From Oscillospiraceae bacterium (GTDB lineage Bacteria > Bacillota > Clostridia > Oscillospirales > Ruminococcaceae): 64,000 bases of DNA. Made by a program: the position numbers and the translations under genes. The stretch covers positions 1,438-65,437 of the forward strand of contig JAEDJF010000001.1 in NCBI GenBank assembly GCA_016296485.1. The letters are read 5' to 3'. Under the pieces are notes generated by a model. That model worked only from the letters and a program-made list of their open reading frames with translations, made no database searches and was not told the origin of the DNA. Below, piece after piece: positions 1-8,651 of this stretch (within the stretch, counting starts at the first letter, position 1; every line of letters starts with the position of its first letter).

Positions 1-130
1 GAACGGAGGATCGGAGCAAAGCCTGTTCTGCTGGGGAAAGGAACTCGGTAAAGGTATATATTCCGTTAAAATAGGAGCGCTCTGAAAGCTCCTCAAAGCG
101 CTTTTTCATTAAATTTTCTTCACCGGTCAT
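1..130 (-). CDS. S4-domain RNA-binding protein, YlmH-like, N-terminal fragment (gene runs off the window start)
   Basis: The minus strand from the ATG at 130 reads MTGEENLMKKRFEELSERSYFNGIYTFTEFLSPAEQALLRSSV and stays open to position 1. The TxFLxPxEQxxL block resembles the N-terminus of Bacillus YlmH. The fragment is too short to appear in the ORF track. Confidence 0.45.
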   Translation of the reverse strand, partial: MTGEENLMKKRFEELSERSYFNGIYTFTEFLSPAEQALLRSSV

Positions 131-208
131 TTCGTTTCACCGCCGTTTAATTAGTTAAGCTGATGATAGCATATTTAAAATTTTGAGTCAACAACGAAGG
201 GAAAAAGT

Positions 209-718
209 ATGGAATACGAACTCATAAAAAGCCGAAAGAGAAGAACGATAGAAATGAGCATAAACGACGAGGGAAAACTCGTCGTCAGGGCGCCGCAAAA
301 TATGGCAAAAAGCGAAATAGACGCCTTCGTCGAGAAGCACAGGCTCTGGGCGGAAAAGCATATGAAACTTAAAAAAGAGCGGATTAAAAAGTACTCCGTA
401 TCGCCGGAGGAAGAGGAAAATATAAAGAAAAACGCTCTTCCGTATCTTAAAGAGCGTACGGAATATTTTTCAGCGATTATGGGGCTTGAGCCCACCGGAG
501 TCAAAATAACTTCGGCGAAAAAACGTTTTGGAAGCTGCAGCGCGAAAAACTCAATTTGCTACTCCTGGAGGCTGATGCTTTACTCAAAAGAAGCAATAGA
601 CTACGTTGTGGTGCACGAGCTCGCGCATATAGCGCATAAAAACCACGGTCCGCAGTTTTACGCGCTGATAGAAAAATATCTTCCGGATTACAAGGAAAGG
701 GAAAAGCTGTTAAGATAA
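209..718 (+). CDS. YgjP/DUF45-type (M48-like) metal-dependent hydrolase
   Basis: 169-aa ORF with an HExxH zinc motif in VVVHELAHIAHKNHGPQF near the C-terminus, typical of the YgjP/DUF45 family. Confidence 0.75.
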   Translation: MEYELIKSRKRRTIEMSINDEGKLVVRAPQNMAKSEIDAFVEKHRLWAEKHMKLKKERIKKYSVSPEEEENIKKNALPYLKERTEYFSAIMGLEPTGVKITSAKKRFGSCSAKNSICYSWRLMLYSKEAIDYVVVHELAHIAHKNHGPQFYALIEKYLPDYKEREKLLR

Positions 719-750
719 AGCGCGGAAGAAGTCTCTTCCGCGCTTTTACT

Positions 751-1296
751 TCAGTAGTTTTCAGCTTTGATTTCAAAATAGGCTTTCGGATAACCGCAGA
801 CCGGACAGATTTCCGGGGCGGATTCTCCGATATGCACGTGACCGCAGTTGGAGCAGAGCCAGATTACGGTGGAGCCGCGTCTGAATACTTCGCCGTTTTG
901 AACGTTGGCGAGCAACTTGAGAAAACGCTCCTCGTGCTGCGCTTCGATTTTTGCTACGTATTCAAATTTTACGGCAATATCGTCGAATCCTTCGTCCCGG
1001 GCGTCCTTGGCAAAAGCGCTGTACATTTCCGCCCACTCGTAGTGCTCGCCGGCGGCGGCTGAGGCGAGATTGTCCTCGGTTTTGCCGATACCTTCAAGAT
1101 AGTTAAACCAGATTTCAGCGTGCTCTTTTTCGTTTTCCGCCGTTTCGATGAAAATATCAGCAATTTGTTCAAAGCCCTCTTTGCGGGCTTTGCCGGCAAA
1201 ATAGGTGTATTTGTTTCTTGCCTGCGATTCGCCGGAAAAAGCGGTCATAAGATTTTGTTCGGTTCTTGAACCTTTAAGTTCCATAGTTTGCATCAT
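751..1296 (-). CDS. rbr: rubrerythrin
   Basis: 181 aa. N-terminal ferritin-like di-iron domain (EQNLMTAFSGESQARNKYTYFA, EKEHAEIW) plus a C-terminal rubredoxin-like CSNC...CPVC pair. Confidence 0.9.
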   Translation of the reverse strand: MMQTMELKGSRTEQNLMTAFSGESQARNKYTYFAGKARKEGFEQIADIFIETAENEKEHAEIWFNYLEGIGKTEDNLASAAAGEHYEWAEMYSAFAKDARDEGFDDIAVKFEYVAKIEAQHEERFLKLLANVQNGEVFRRGSTVIWLCSNCGHVHIGESAPEICPVCGYPKAYFEIKAENY

Positions 1297-1415
1297 TCCT
1301 TTCAGTGGTTATTATTGACAGAAAAACCGCTTGGAAATCACTTGCGGAAAATATGTTAAAAAGCGGCGATTTTAAGTAAAAACGGTTGGAATTTCGATAA
1401 AAATCTTTAATATTA

Positions 1416-1443
1416 TTGACTTTTTTCTGCAATATGCTATATT
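1416..1443 (+). promoter_or_regulatory. sigma-A type promoter driving the potABCD leader
   Basis: TTGACT (1416-1421), a 16-nt spacer ending in TGC, then TATATT (1438-1443). It lies about 400 nt upstream of the potA start. Confidence 0.5.
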
Positions 1444-1449
1444 ATATAA

Positions 1450-1841
1450 TGTTAATTTTGCATCTGTTGTTTGGCAAATAATGAGTAGCCAGAGGGAGGT
1501 GGAACTGTCGCAAAACAGCCGCTTGGTATGACTGCGATAGAGAACAAATAAGACCGCTTGTTTTTGCCATATGAAACACTGCGCTAACGGAGCCTTCTAA
1601 AACCGGGCACTGCGGTATTTTATGATATGCGCGGCAACGATTAGAAATTACATCCTTTTGCGGGGTCGGTTCCAATAGGGGCGGTGGGTCGACAGGTTTT
1701 TAACACCATACGTCAAAATAATGATTTCGATTGACGTATGTCTGTGCCGAGAGAAAAGCGGCATGAAAAATGGGTGAGGTCAAAAAGCCGGATCCTGTTT
1801 TTACCTTGCGTGACTTGAAATCCGCAAAAGGGGGATGCAGA
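1450..1841 (+). promoter_or_regulatory. long untranslated leader of potABCD; unassigned structured RNA candidate
   Basis: No + strand ORF of 60 aa or more, and the small ATG ORFs lack SD sequences. A 7-bp helix 1472-1478/1563-1569 encloses about 85 nt. CACTGCG is duplicated at 1577 and 1608. There is a perfect 10-bp hairpin 1707-1716/1731-1740. I recognise no known riboswitch core. Confidence 0.3.
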
Positions 1842-2903
1842 ATGGAAAATAATACTGTTATTAGTCTTAAGGATATCGTTGTCGGATTTGACGGAGAGCC
1901 TGTGCTTCGCCATATCAATTTGGATATCCACAATCATGAATTCGTCACACTTTTGGGACCCTCCGGATGCGGAAAGACCACAACTCTCCGCATTATCGGA
2001 GGCTTTGTAACGCCCGAAAGCGGTGACGTTTTTTTTGACGGAAAAAAGATTAACAACGTTCCGCCGTATAAACGGGAAGTAAATACGGTCTTTCAAAAAT
2101 ACGCTCTTTTCCCGAACCTCAACGTCTTTGAGAACATCGCTTTCGGTTTAAGGCTTAAAAAGGTGCCGGAAAAAGAGATTAAAGAGCGCGTTTTTGAAAT
2201 GCTCGACCTTGTGAGTATGCGCGGCTACGAGCGCCGCGACGTCAACCTTCTTTCCGGCGGACAGCAGCAAAGGGTCGCCATTGCACGCGCCCTTGTCAAC
2301 AAACCGAAGGTGCTTTTGCTGGACGAGCCCCTCGGAGCTCTTGACCTTAAGCTTCGCAAAGAGATGCAAATAGAGCTCAAGAAAATTCAGCGTGAAACAA
2401 AAATCACGTTTGTTTACGTTACCCACGACCAGGAGGAAGCGCTCACCATGAGCGATACCGTCGTCGTTATGCGCGCCGGAGAAATACAGCAAATAGGTAC
2501 GCCAATCGATATTTACAACGAGCCGGTAAACGCGTTTGTTGCTGACTTTATCGGTGAATCCAATATCATTGACGGCGTTATGAAGAAGGACTATCTCGTA
2601 AATTTCGCCGGAAGGGATTTCGACTGCGTCGATTTCGGATTTGAAGAAAACGAAAGCGTTGACGTGGTTATACGCCCGGAGGATATTAAAATATCCGAAC
2701 CGGAAAAGGGGCAGCTTACCGGCGTTGTTGAGAGCGTTATTTTTAAAGGCGTACATTACGAAATCGTGGTAGACGGCAGAGACGGCTTTGCCTGGAAAAT
2801 ACATTCCACGCTTTACGAAGAACCGGGCAGGGAGGTTGGACTTTCTGTAATCCCGGACGATATTCATATAATGCATAAGATGACGGGGGATGACGAAAAA
2901 TGA
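1842..2903 (+). CDS. potA: spermidine/putrescine ABC transporter ATP-binding protein
   Basis: Walker [10 protein letters not shown], signature [15 protein letters not shown], Walker B LLLDEP, and a C-terminal TOBE-like domain. Start chosen at MENNTVISL behind the SD AAGGGGGA; the ORF-track start at 1770 lacks an SD. Confidence 0.9.
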   Translation: MENNTVISLKDIVVGFDGEPVLRHINLDIHNHEFVTLLGPSGCGKTTTLRIIGGFVTPESGDVFFDGKKINNVPPYKREVNTVFQKYALFPNLNVFENIAFGLRLKKVPEKEIKERVFEMLDLVSMRGYERRDVNLLSGGQQQRVAIARALVNKPKVLLLDEPLGALDLKLRKEMQIELKKIQRETKITFVYVTHDQEEALTMSDTVVVMRAGEIQQIGTPIDIYNEPVNAFVADFIGESNIIDGVMKKDYLVNFAGRDFDCVDFGFEENESVDVVIRPEDIKISEPEKGQLTGVVESVIFKGVHYEIVVDGRDGFAWKIHSTLYEEPGREVGLSVIPDDIHIMHKMTGDDEK

Positions 2904-3724
2904 TAAAATCCCGTTATCCCGCGTTTCCGTATATCTTTTTTATGGCGATATTCATAGTGGTTCCGCTTTTGATGGTGGCGTATTTTGCCTTCACCACCGG
3001 AAATGGCGAATTTACTTTGAATAACATAACTAAAGTCGGCGGATACATTCCGGTAATTATCAAGAGCCTTTTTCTTGCTTTGGTAGCTACCGTTATCTGT
3101 CTTGTTCTCGGCTATCCCTTTGCGTTTATTATGGCGAGAAAAACGAATAACATCAGAAGGACTATGCTTATGCTCATAATGCTTCCGATGTGGATGAACT
3201 TCCTTTTAAGAACCTATTCTTGGATGACCATCCTTGAGAATAACGGACTTATCAACCGCTTCCTCGGGCTTTTTGGCATAGGTCCCTTTGAAATGATAAA
3301 CACACAGGGCGCTGTTGTGCTCGGTATGGTCTATGACTATCTTCCTTTTATGATAGTTCCGCTTTATACCGTGCTCATGAAAATTGATAATTCTCTTATA
3401 CAGGCGGCGCAGGACCTCGGCGGAACGCCCGTTCAGGTCTTTACCCATGTGGTGCTCCCGCTCAGCATTCCCGGAATCACGACCGGAATAACGATGGTGT
3501 TCATTCCCGCCGTAAGTACCTTTATAATTTCAAGAATGCTCGGCGGCGGTTCGGAGCTGATGATAGGCGACCTTATCGAAATGCAGTTTACGGGAGCCGC
3601 CTATAACCCCAACCTCGGCGCGGCTATTTCTTTTGTGCTCATGATAATAATCCTTATTTGTATGGGTATGATGAATCAGTTCGACTCCGATGAGGACAAA
3701 AAGGAGGAGAACGTAGCGATATGA
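2900..3724 (+). CDS. potB: spermidine/putrescine ABC transporter permease
   Basis: 274 aa, multi-pass membrane protein with a binding-protein-dependent transport permease signature region ([21 protein letters not shown]). Overlaps the potA stop. Confidence 0.85.
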   Translation: MIKSRYPAFPYIFFMAIFIVVPLLMVAYFAFTTGNGEFTLNNITKVGGYIPVIIKSLFLALVATVICLVLGYPFAFIMARKTNNIRRTMLMLIMLPMWMNFLLRTYSWMTILENNGLINRFLGLFGIGPFEMINTQGAVVLGMVYDYLPFMIVPLYTVLMKIDNSLIQAAQDLGGTPVQVFTHVVLPLSIPGITTGITMVFIPAVSTFIISRMLGGGSELMIGDLIEMQFTGAAYNPNLGAAISFVLMIIILICMGMMNQFDSDEDKKEENVAI

Positions 3725-4518
3725 AATTTCTCTCTAAATTTTACGTTGCAATAATATATCTTTTCCTTTATCTTCCCATCGCTGTGCTCATCGTGTTCTC
3801 CTTTAACGACACGAAAAGCCGCACCGTGTTTACCGGTTTTACGCTCAAATGGTACGAAAAACTGTTCACCAACGACGTAATTCTCAGCGCGCTTTTCAAC
3901 ACGCTGCTTGTGGCGGTGGTCGCCGGAGTTTTTGCGGTTATTCTCGGAACTTTTGCCGCTATCGGAATAAATGCGATGAACAGCCGCCTGAAGTCGATTT
4001 TGCTCAACGTATCCTATCTTCCGATTATAAACCCGGATATAATTACCGGCGTTTCCTTAATGCTTCTTTTCCTCTTCCTTAAAGTGAAACTCGGATACAC
4101 TACTCTTATACTGGCGCATATAACTTTTAACGTGCCGATAGTGATATTTAACGTGCTTCCGAAACTGAGGCAAATGGACAAGAACGTATATAACGCAGCC
4201 CTTGACCTCGGCTGCAACCCGGGACAGGCTTTCAAAAAAGTGGTGCTCCCGGAGATAATGCCGGGTATCGCTGCGGGATTTTTGCTTTCCGTAACATACT
4301 CGTTTGACGATTTCGTAGTAAGCTATTTCACCAGCGGTCCCACTTCACAGACGCTTTCAGTGGTAATTTACTCGATGGTAAGGCTCAAAGTGAGCCCCGA
4401 GATAAACGCTCTGTCAACGATTATGTTTGCGGTGGTTTTGTTTATACTCCTGCTCGTGAATGTTATTGAAGTAAAGAAAGAAAAATATGAGACAAAGATG
4501 ATGGAAGGAGAAAACTGA
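3721..4518 (+). CDS. potC: spermidine/putrescine ABC transporter permease
   Basis: 265 aa with a permease EAA-like loop (AALDLGCNPGQAFKKVVLPEIMPG). Overlaps the potB stop. Confidence 0.85.
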   Translation: MKFLSKFYVAIIYLFLYLPIAVLIVFSFNDTKSRTVFTGFTLKWYEKLFTNDVILSALFNTLLVAVVAGVFAVILGTFAAIGINAMNSRLKSILLNVSYLPIINPDIITGVSLMLLFLFLKVKLGYTTLILAHITFNVPIVIFNVLPKLRQMDKNVYNAALDLGCNPGQAFKKVVLPEIMPGIAAGFLLSVTYSFDDFVVSYFTSGPTSQTLSVVIYSMVRLKVSPEINALSTIMFAVVLFILLLVNVIEVKKEKYETKMMEGEN

Positions 4519-4519
4519 T

Positions 4520-5746
4520 TTGAAAAAAGTATTTTCAGCCTTTTTAGCTATTATTATGGTTATGAGCGCCGCGGTTTCCGCCTTTGCTTACAGCGAAGCC
4601 GACGGCTACACCACCAAAGTTGAAAACGAGGAATACTATAAAAAGTTTTACGGACAGGGAATAGAGATAAACGTCTGCAACTGGGGCGAATATCTCGCCA
4701 ACGACTCCGTAAACTTCGTTGACGTTAACAAGGATTTCGAGGAGCTTACCGGAATCAAAGTAAACTACACTCTTTTCTCCACCAACGAAGAGCTCTACGC
4801 AAAGCTTCGCGCCGGCGGAACGAATTATGATATTATCGTTCCTTCCGACTATATGATAGGAAGAATGATAGACGAGGGAATGCTCGAAAAGCTTGATTTC
4901 GGCAATATCCCGAACTATGAAAACGTTGACGAAACCTATAAAAATATGAATTTTGACCCCAATAACGAGTATTCCGTTCCGCTTTTCTGGGGCGTTGTGG
5001 GTATAATCTACAACAAGAGCATGGTAGATGAGGCTGACCTCACCGGGTGGGATATTCTCTGGAATGAAAAATATTCCGGCAATATGCTCATGTTCTCAAA
5101 CTCAAGAGACGCTTTTGCGCTTTCTCTTATGGACCTCGGCTATTCTTTCAACACCACAAACCCAGATGAACTGGCCGAAGCGGCTGAGCATCTTAAAGAA
5201 CAGAAACCTCTTGTTCAGGCATATGTTATGGACGAAATCTATGACAAGATGGAGGGCGGCGAAGCCGCCGTTGCGCCTTACTATAACGGCGACGCAGTGC
5301 TTATGATGGACGTAAACGAGGACCTTGATTTCTATCTTCCCGACGAGACGAGCATCTTTATAGATTCCATGTGCATCCCGAAAGGCGCGTCCAACAAGGA
5401 AGCGGCGGAGCTTTACATCAACTATATGTGCGAAGCAACCGTAGCCGCCGCCAACAGCTATTATGTGGGATATTCCACCCCCATTCACGCCGCGTATGAG
5501 CTTCTCGACGAAGAGCTTCAGGAGAGCGAAATAGCTTATCCTGACGCCGAGATGCTTTCAGAGCTTGATTCATTCCTCACTCTTCCCGAGGATACCAACA
5601 GAATAATCGACGGTTACTGGACCGAAATTATGGCTAACTCCGCTTCCGTATGGGTTTACATCGCAATTTTGGGCGCCCTTGCCGCCGGAGCGGTTGCCGC
5701 GGTTTTCGTAAGAAAGAACATTAAACGCAAAAGAATGGATTATTAA
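4520..5746 (+). CDS. potD: spermidine/putrescine-type extracellular solute-binding protein with a C-terminal membrane anchor
   Basis: TTG start 9 nt after GGAAGGAG. Signal peptide without Cys (MKKVFSAFLAIIMVMSAAVSAFA), PotD/PotF-like body, and a terminal hydrophobic helix VWVYIAILGALAAGAVAAVFV followed by RKNIKRKR. Confidence 0.85.
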   Translation: MKKVFSAFLAIIMVMSAAVSAFAYSEADGYTTKVENEEYYKKFYGQGIEINVCNWGEYLANDSVNFVDVNKDFEELTGIKVNYTLFSTNEELYAKLRAGGTNYDIIVPSDYMIGRMIDEGMLEKLDFGNIPNYENVDETYKNMNFDPNNEYSVPLFWGVVGIIYNKSMVDEADLTGWDILWNEKYSGNMLMFSNSRDAFALSLMDLGYSFNTTNPDELAEAAEHLKEQKPLVQAYVMDEIYDKMEGGEAAVAPYYNGDAVLMMDVNEDLDFYLPDETSIFIDSMCIPKGASNKEAAELYINYMCEATVAAANSYYVGYSTPIHAAYELLDEELQESEIAYPDAEMLSELDSFLTLPEDTNRIIDGYWTEIMANSASVWVYIAILGALAAGAVAAVFVRKNIKRKRMDY

Positions 5747-5761
5747 AAATTGAAGCAATAA

Positions 5762-5793
5762 AAAAATCCTGCCTTACGGCAGGACTTTTTTAT
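5762..5793. terminator. bidirectional intrinsic terminator between potD and pepF
   Basis: A-run, stem TCCTGCC/GGCAGGA with loop TTAC, then a T-run. Sits between convergent genes. Confidence 0.75.
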
Positions 5794-5800
5794 TGCTTTT

Positions 5801-7495
5801 TTAGATTTCAGTTTTAATATTTTTGAGCATTGCCTCAACTTTTTCAGCGAGCTCTTTAAGAGCGCCGTCTTTGAAAGGAGAGGGAATATTCGCTTCTTCG
5901 AGGAGTTTGTCGTAATACTGCTCGCCGCCCTGTTTCATAAGTCTTATATAGCGGGCGAAAGCATCGTCATAATCCTCGAGGGAGGCAAGAAGGAAGCCGA
6001 AAGCCGCCGTCTGCGCGAGGCAGTAGTCAATGTAATAGAACGGGGATTCGTAAATGTGCATCTGATACTGCCAGCGCCGTCCGTCCTCATAGAAAGGAAC
6101 TCCGTCAAGGCAAATATGGGGGAGATACTCCTTGCAGAGCTTCTTCCAGGTTTCATTTCTCTCGGCGGGGGTCATCTCCGGGTTTTCGTAAACGATGTGC
6201 TGGAAATAGTCAACGATTGTTCCGTAGGGTATGAACGAAAGCGCGTCGAGAGCGTGCATATATTTATATTTGGTGGCGTTTTCGCCGAAGAATTTGTCAA
6301 TGTATTTCCAGGCGAAGAACTCCATGCTCATAGAATGAGTTTCGGCGGTTTCCATTCCGCCGCAGCCGATTTCAAGGGAGAATTTGTTGTCCGCGATAAG
6401 GTAAGCGTTAAAAGCGTGACCTGCTTCGTGGGTCACGACATCCACGTCTCCGGCGGTGCCGTTGAAGTTCGCGAGAATAAAAGGCTGTTTATAAAGCGGA
6501 AGATAGGAGCAGTAACCGCCGCCCCATTTGTTCTTTCTTGCGTCAACGTCGAAAGCCTCGTTTTCAAGCATAAGGTCGATGAATTTTCCGGATTCCTCGC
6601 TCATTGCGTGGTACATTTCCTTCGCGCCACGGAAAATATCCTCTTTTGTGCCGACTGGTTTCGGGTCGCCGCCGGGAATGATAACGTCGTTATCATAGAC
6701 CATATATTTGTCGATGCCGAGGTCTTTGGCGTTTTCGGTGCGGAGTCTTGAAACGACAGGAACCACGGATTCAAGGACGTTTTTGCGGAAAGTTTCAATA
6801 TCGTGTTTGTCGTAGCAAACGCGCTCCATACGGTAATATCCGAGTTCCACAAAGTTTTCATATCCGAGCTTTCTCGCCATGCGGGTACGAACCTTTACGA
6901 GCCTGTCATAAATATCGTCGAGCTGATCAGCGTAAGTGTTGAGCACGGTGCCCATGGTCTCATAGGCTTCTTTTCTCGTAGCGCGGTCATCGGATTTGAA
7001 GTATCCGGCAAGGGCGGCGCGGCTCATTTTTTCTCCGCGGAACTCAAATTCCATTCCGGACATAAGTTTGGAATATTCGGAAACGATTTTGTTTTCCTCG
7101 ACCATGTCCTCTATGATTTCGGGGGACATTGCCTTTGCCTGTACCTCCATATGGCGGAAGTAAACGGGGGAGAGTTTTTTTTCAAGCCCTTTCCTGAAAG
7201 GAGAATTTAAAAGAGCATTATTATATTCATTAAAGAGGTTTCCGACTTCGGGACCGGTTTCATCAAAGTAGTCGTTCTCTTTTACATAAAATTCATCTGC
7301 GGTATTGCAGCTGTATCTTATGTAAGAAAGATTTGCGTTGGTTTCGTACTTGCATAGGATTTCATTAAATTTTTCGCGCAGCTTGAGAATTTCATCGGCA
7401 CTTTCGGCGCTTTTTATTTTGTCGATGATTTCCCTGACGGAGGCGGAAAATTCCTCAACGGGAATGTGCTTATAGGGCATTTCGCTGATTTTCAT
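5801..7495 (-). CDS. pepF: oligoendopeptidase F (M3B metallopeptidase)
   Basis: HEAGHAF zinc motif and length and sequence typical of M3B PepF. Start set at MKISEMPYKH (7495) behind AAGGAG; the 55 upstream codons of the tracked ORF lack an SD. Confidence 0.9.
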   Translation of the reverse strand: MKISEMPYKHIPVEEFSASVREIIDKIKSAESADEILKLREKFNEILCKYETNANLSYIRYSCNTADEFYVKENDYFDETGPEVGNLFNEYNNALLNSPFRKGLEKKLSPVYFRHMEVQAKAMSPEIIEDMVEENKIVSEYSKLMSGMEFEFRGEKMSRAALAGYFKSDDRATRKEAYETMGTVLNTYADQLDDIYDRLVKVRTRMARKLGYENFVELGYYRMERVCYDKHDIETFRKNVLESVVPVVSRLRTENAKDLGIDKYMVYDNDVIIPGGDPKPVGTKEDIFRGAKEMYHAMSEESGKFIDLMLENEAFDVDARKNKWGGGYCSYLPLYKQPFILANFNGTAGDVDVVTHEAGHAFNAYLIADNKFSLEIGCGGMETAETHSMSMEFFAWKYIDKFFGENATKYKYMHALDALSFIPYGTIVDYFQHIVYENPEMTPAERNETWKKLCKEYLPHICLDGVPFYEDGRRWQYQMHIYESPFYYIDYCLAQTAAFGFLLASLEDYDDAFARYIRLMKQGGEQYYDKLLEEANIPSPFKDGALKELAEKVEAMLKNIKTEI

Positions 7496-7659
7496 ATAAT
7501 CACTCCTTTTGTCATCAATAGATATGATTATACTATATAGATTTGTCAAATACAACAGACGAAAGCGGTTTCGCGGCTTAAAATCAAAGAATAAAATTGT
7601 CCATGCAATAATCCGGGCTTTTGAAAATATATTTCTATATATTGCGGGAGGTTTATTCA

Positions 7660-8346
7660 ATGGACTACTTATTGCTTTTAGGGATACTTTCAGGAATTAT
7701 ATTTTTCGCGCTCCACGTCACGGCGTCAAGCTCTTTTCCGCAGCCACTTACGGCGCAGGAGGAGAAAAAATGCTTTGAGGAAATGAAAAAAGGAAGCGAA
7801 AAAGCAAGGGCAAAGCTGATTGAGCACAACCTCAGGCTCGTTGCGCATATCATCAAAAAATATTACGGAAACTCAGCGGAACAGGACGATTTAATATCCA
7901 TAGGAACCATCGGGCTCATTAAAGCAGTTTCGACCTTTGACTATGAAAAAGGCACCAGGTTTGCTACTTACGCCGCAAGGTGCATTGAAAACGAGATACT
8001 TATGTACTTCAGGAACAAGAAAAAATACGCCCAGGACGTTTCGATTTCGGACCCGATAGATTGCGACAAGGACGGAAACTCCCTTTCGCTTATGGATATA
8101 ATGGCGGATGAGCACTCCGTTTCGGAAGATATTGAAGATAGGCTGAGGGAGGAAAAACTATATAAAAGTATTTCAGAATCGCTCACGCCGAGGGAAAAGG
8201 AGATAATATATCTTCGCTACGGTCTTAAAGGAAGAAGGGCGTACACCCAAAGGGAAGTCGCGAAAAGGCTCGGCATATCAAGGTCCTACGTCAGCAGAAT
8301 TGAGAAAAAAGCGCTGAATTCACTTAAAGAAAAATTGGCGGAGTGA
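7660..8346 (+). CDS. sigK: sporulation sigma factor SigK (pro-sigma-K), uninterrupted
   Basis: Hydrophobic pro-sequence followed by FPQPLTAQEEKKCFEEM...LIEHNLRLVAHIIKKY...DLISIGTIGLIKA...ATYAARCIENEILM, which closely parallels B. subtilis SigK. SD GGGAGG lies 8 nt upstream of the ATG at 7660. Confidence 0.85.
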   Translation: MDYLLLLGILSGIIFFALHVTASSSFPQPLTAQEEKKCFEEMKKGSEKARAKLIEHNLRLVAHIIKKYYGNSAEQDDLISIGTIGLIKAVSTFDYEKGTRFATYAARCIENEILMYFRNKKKYAQDVSISDPIDCDKDGNSLSLMDIMADEHSVSEDIEDRLREEKLYKSISESLTPREKEIIYLRYGLKGRRAYTQREVAKRLGISRSYVSRIEKKALNSLKEKLAE

Positions 8347-8363
8347 GAGGGCGGTGAACGGAA

Positions 8364-8636
8364 TTGGGCAAAAGAAAAAAGAAAGCAAAAAATAGTATAA
8401 GCGAAGCGCTCGAAGTGCCTGCCGGAATAATAAGCGGGTTCGTGCTCGAAATTTACTCAGGGAAAGAAGCAGTGCTCACGGGAAAACTTGACGTATTGGA
8501 GCTCGGCGATACGGTGCTCAAACTCAAGTGCGGCGAGCACGAGATTTCTTTCGGCGGAAGCGGGCTCAATATCGTTTACTATACAAACGACGGAATAAAA
8601 ATAAGCGGAAAAATAAGTTCTGTTGAAATGGAATAA
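8364..8636 (+). CDS. yqfC: sporulation protein YqfC (YabP family)
   Basis: 90 aa with YabP/YqfC-like beta-rich sequence, immediately followed by a yqfD homologue as in Bacillus. TTG start. Confidence 0.7.
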   Translation: MGKRKKKAKNSISEALEVPAGIISGFVLEIYSGKEAVLTGKLDVLELGDTVLKLKCGEHEISFGGSGLNIVYYTNDGIKISGKISSVEME

Positions 8637-8651
8637 AGGGGGGAGCCGGTT

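Noticed and set aside
1311-1420. ATTATTGAC repeated 101 bp apart in the rbr-potA divergent region, considered as PerR/Fur-type boxes for rubrerythrin
   Set aside because: Neither copy forms the 7-1-7 inverted repeat of Fur-family boxes. The second copy is simply the -35 region of the + strand promoter. Support is insufficient.
1470-1700. T-box-like words (AGGGA, GGTGGAA, GAA-CAA-A, GGTGGG), a yybP-ykoY-like GAGTAGCC...AAGACC pair and a tmRNA-like GGGGCGGTGGGTCGACAGG in the pot leader
   Set aside because: There is no canonical GGUGGUACCGCG T-box, antiterminator or terminator. The AG-bulge and distal-loop words are not separated by a helix. The Mn-riboswitch match lacks the GGGGAGUAG and UUGACAUA cores. 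There is no room for a 350-nt tmRNA before potA. The resemblances are too weak to call.
1442-2096. Minus-strand ORFs of 77, 77 and 127 aa in the pot leader and the potA 5' region
   Set aside because: They have no SD sequences and no recognisable domains. They are antisense to a promoter-driven leader and to potA, and are most likely noise.
7496-7660. 55-codon N-terminal extension of the pepF ORF, and similarly 35300-35473 for spoIIIAF, 1770-1841 for potA and 60367-60417 for the maturase
   Set aside because: The internal starts have proper SD sequences and match family N-termini. The extensions overlap promoters or upstream genes.
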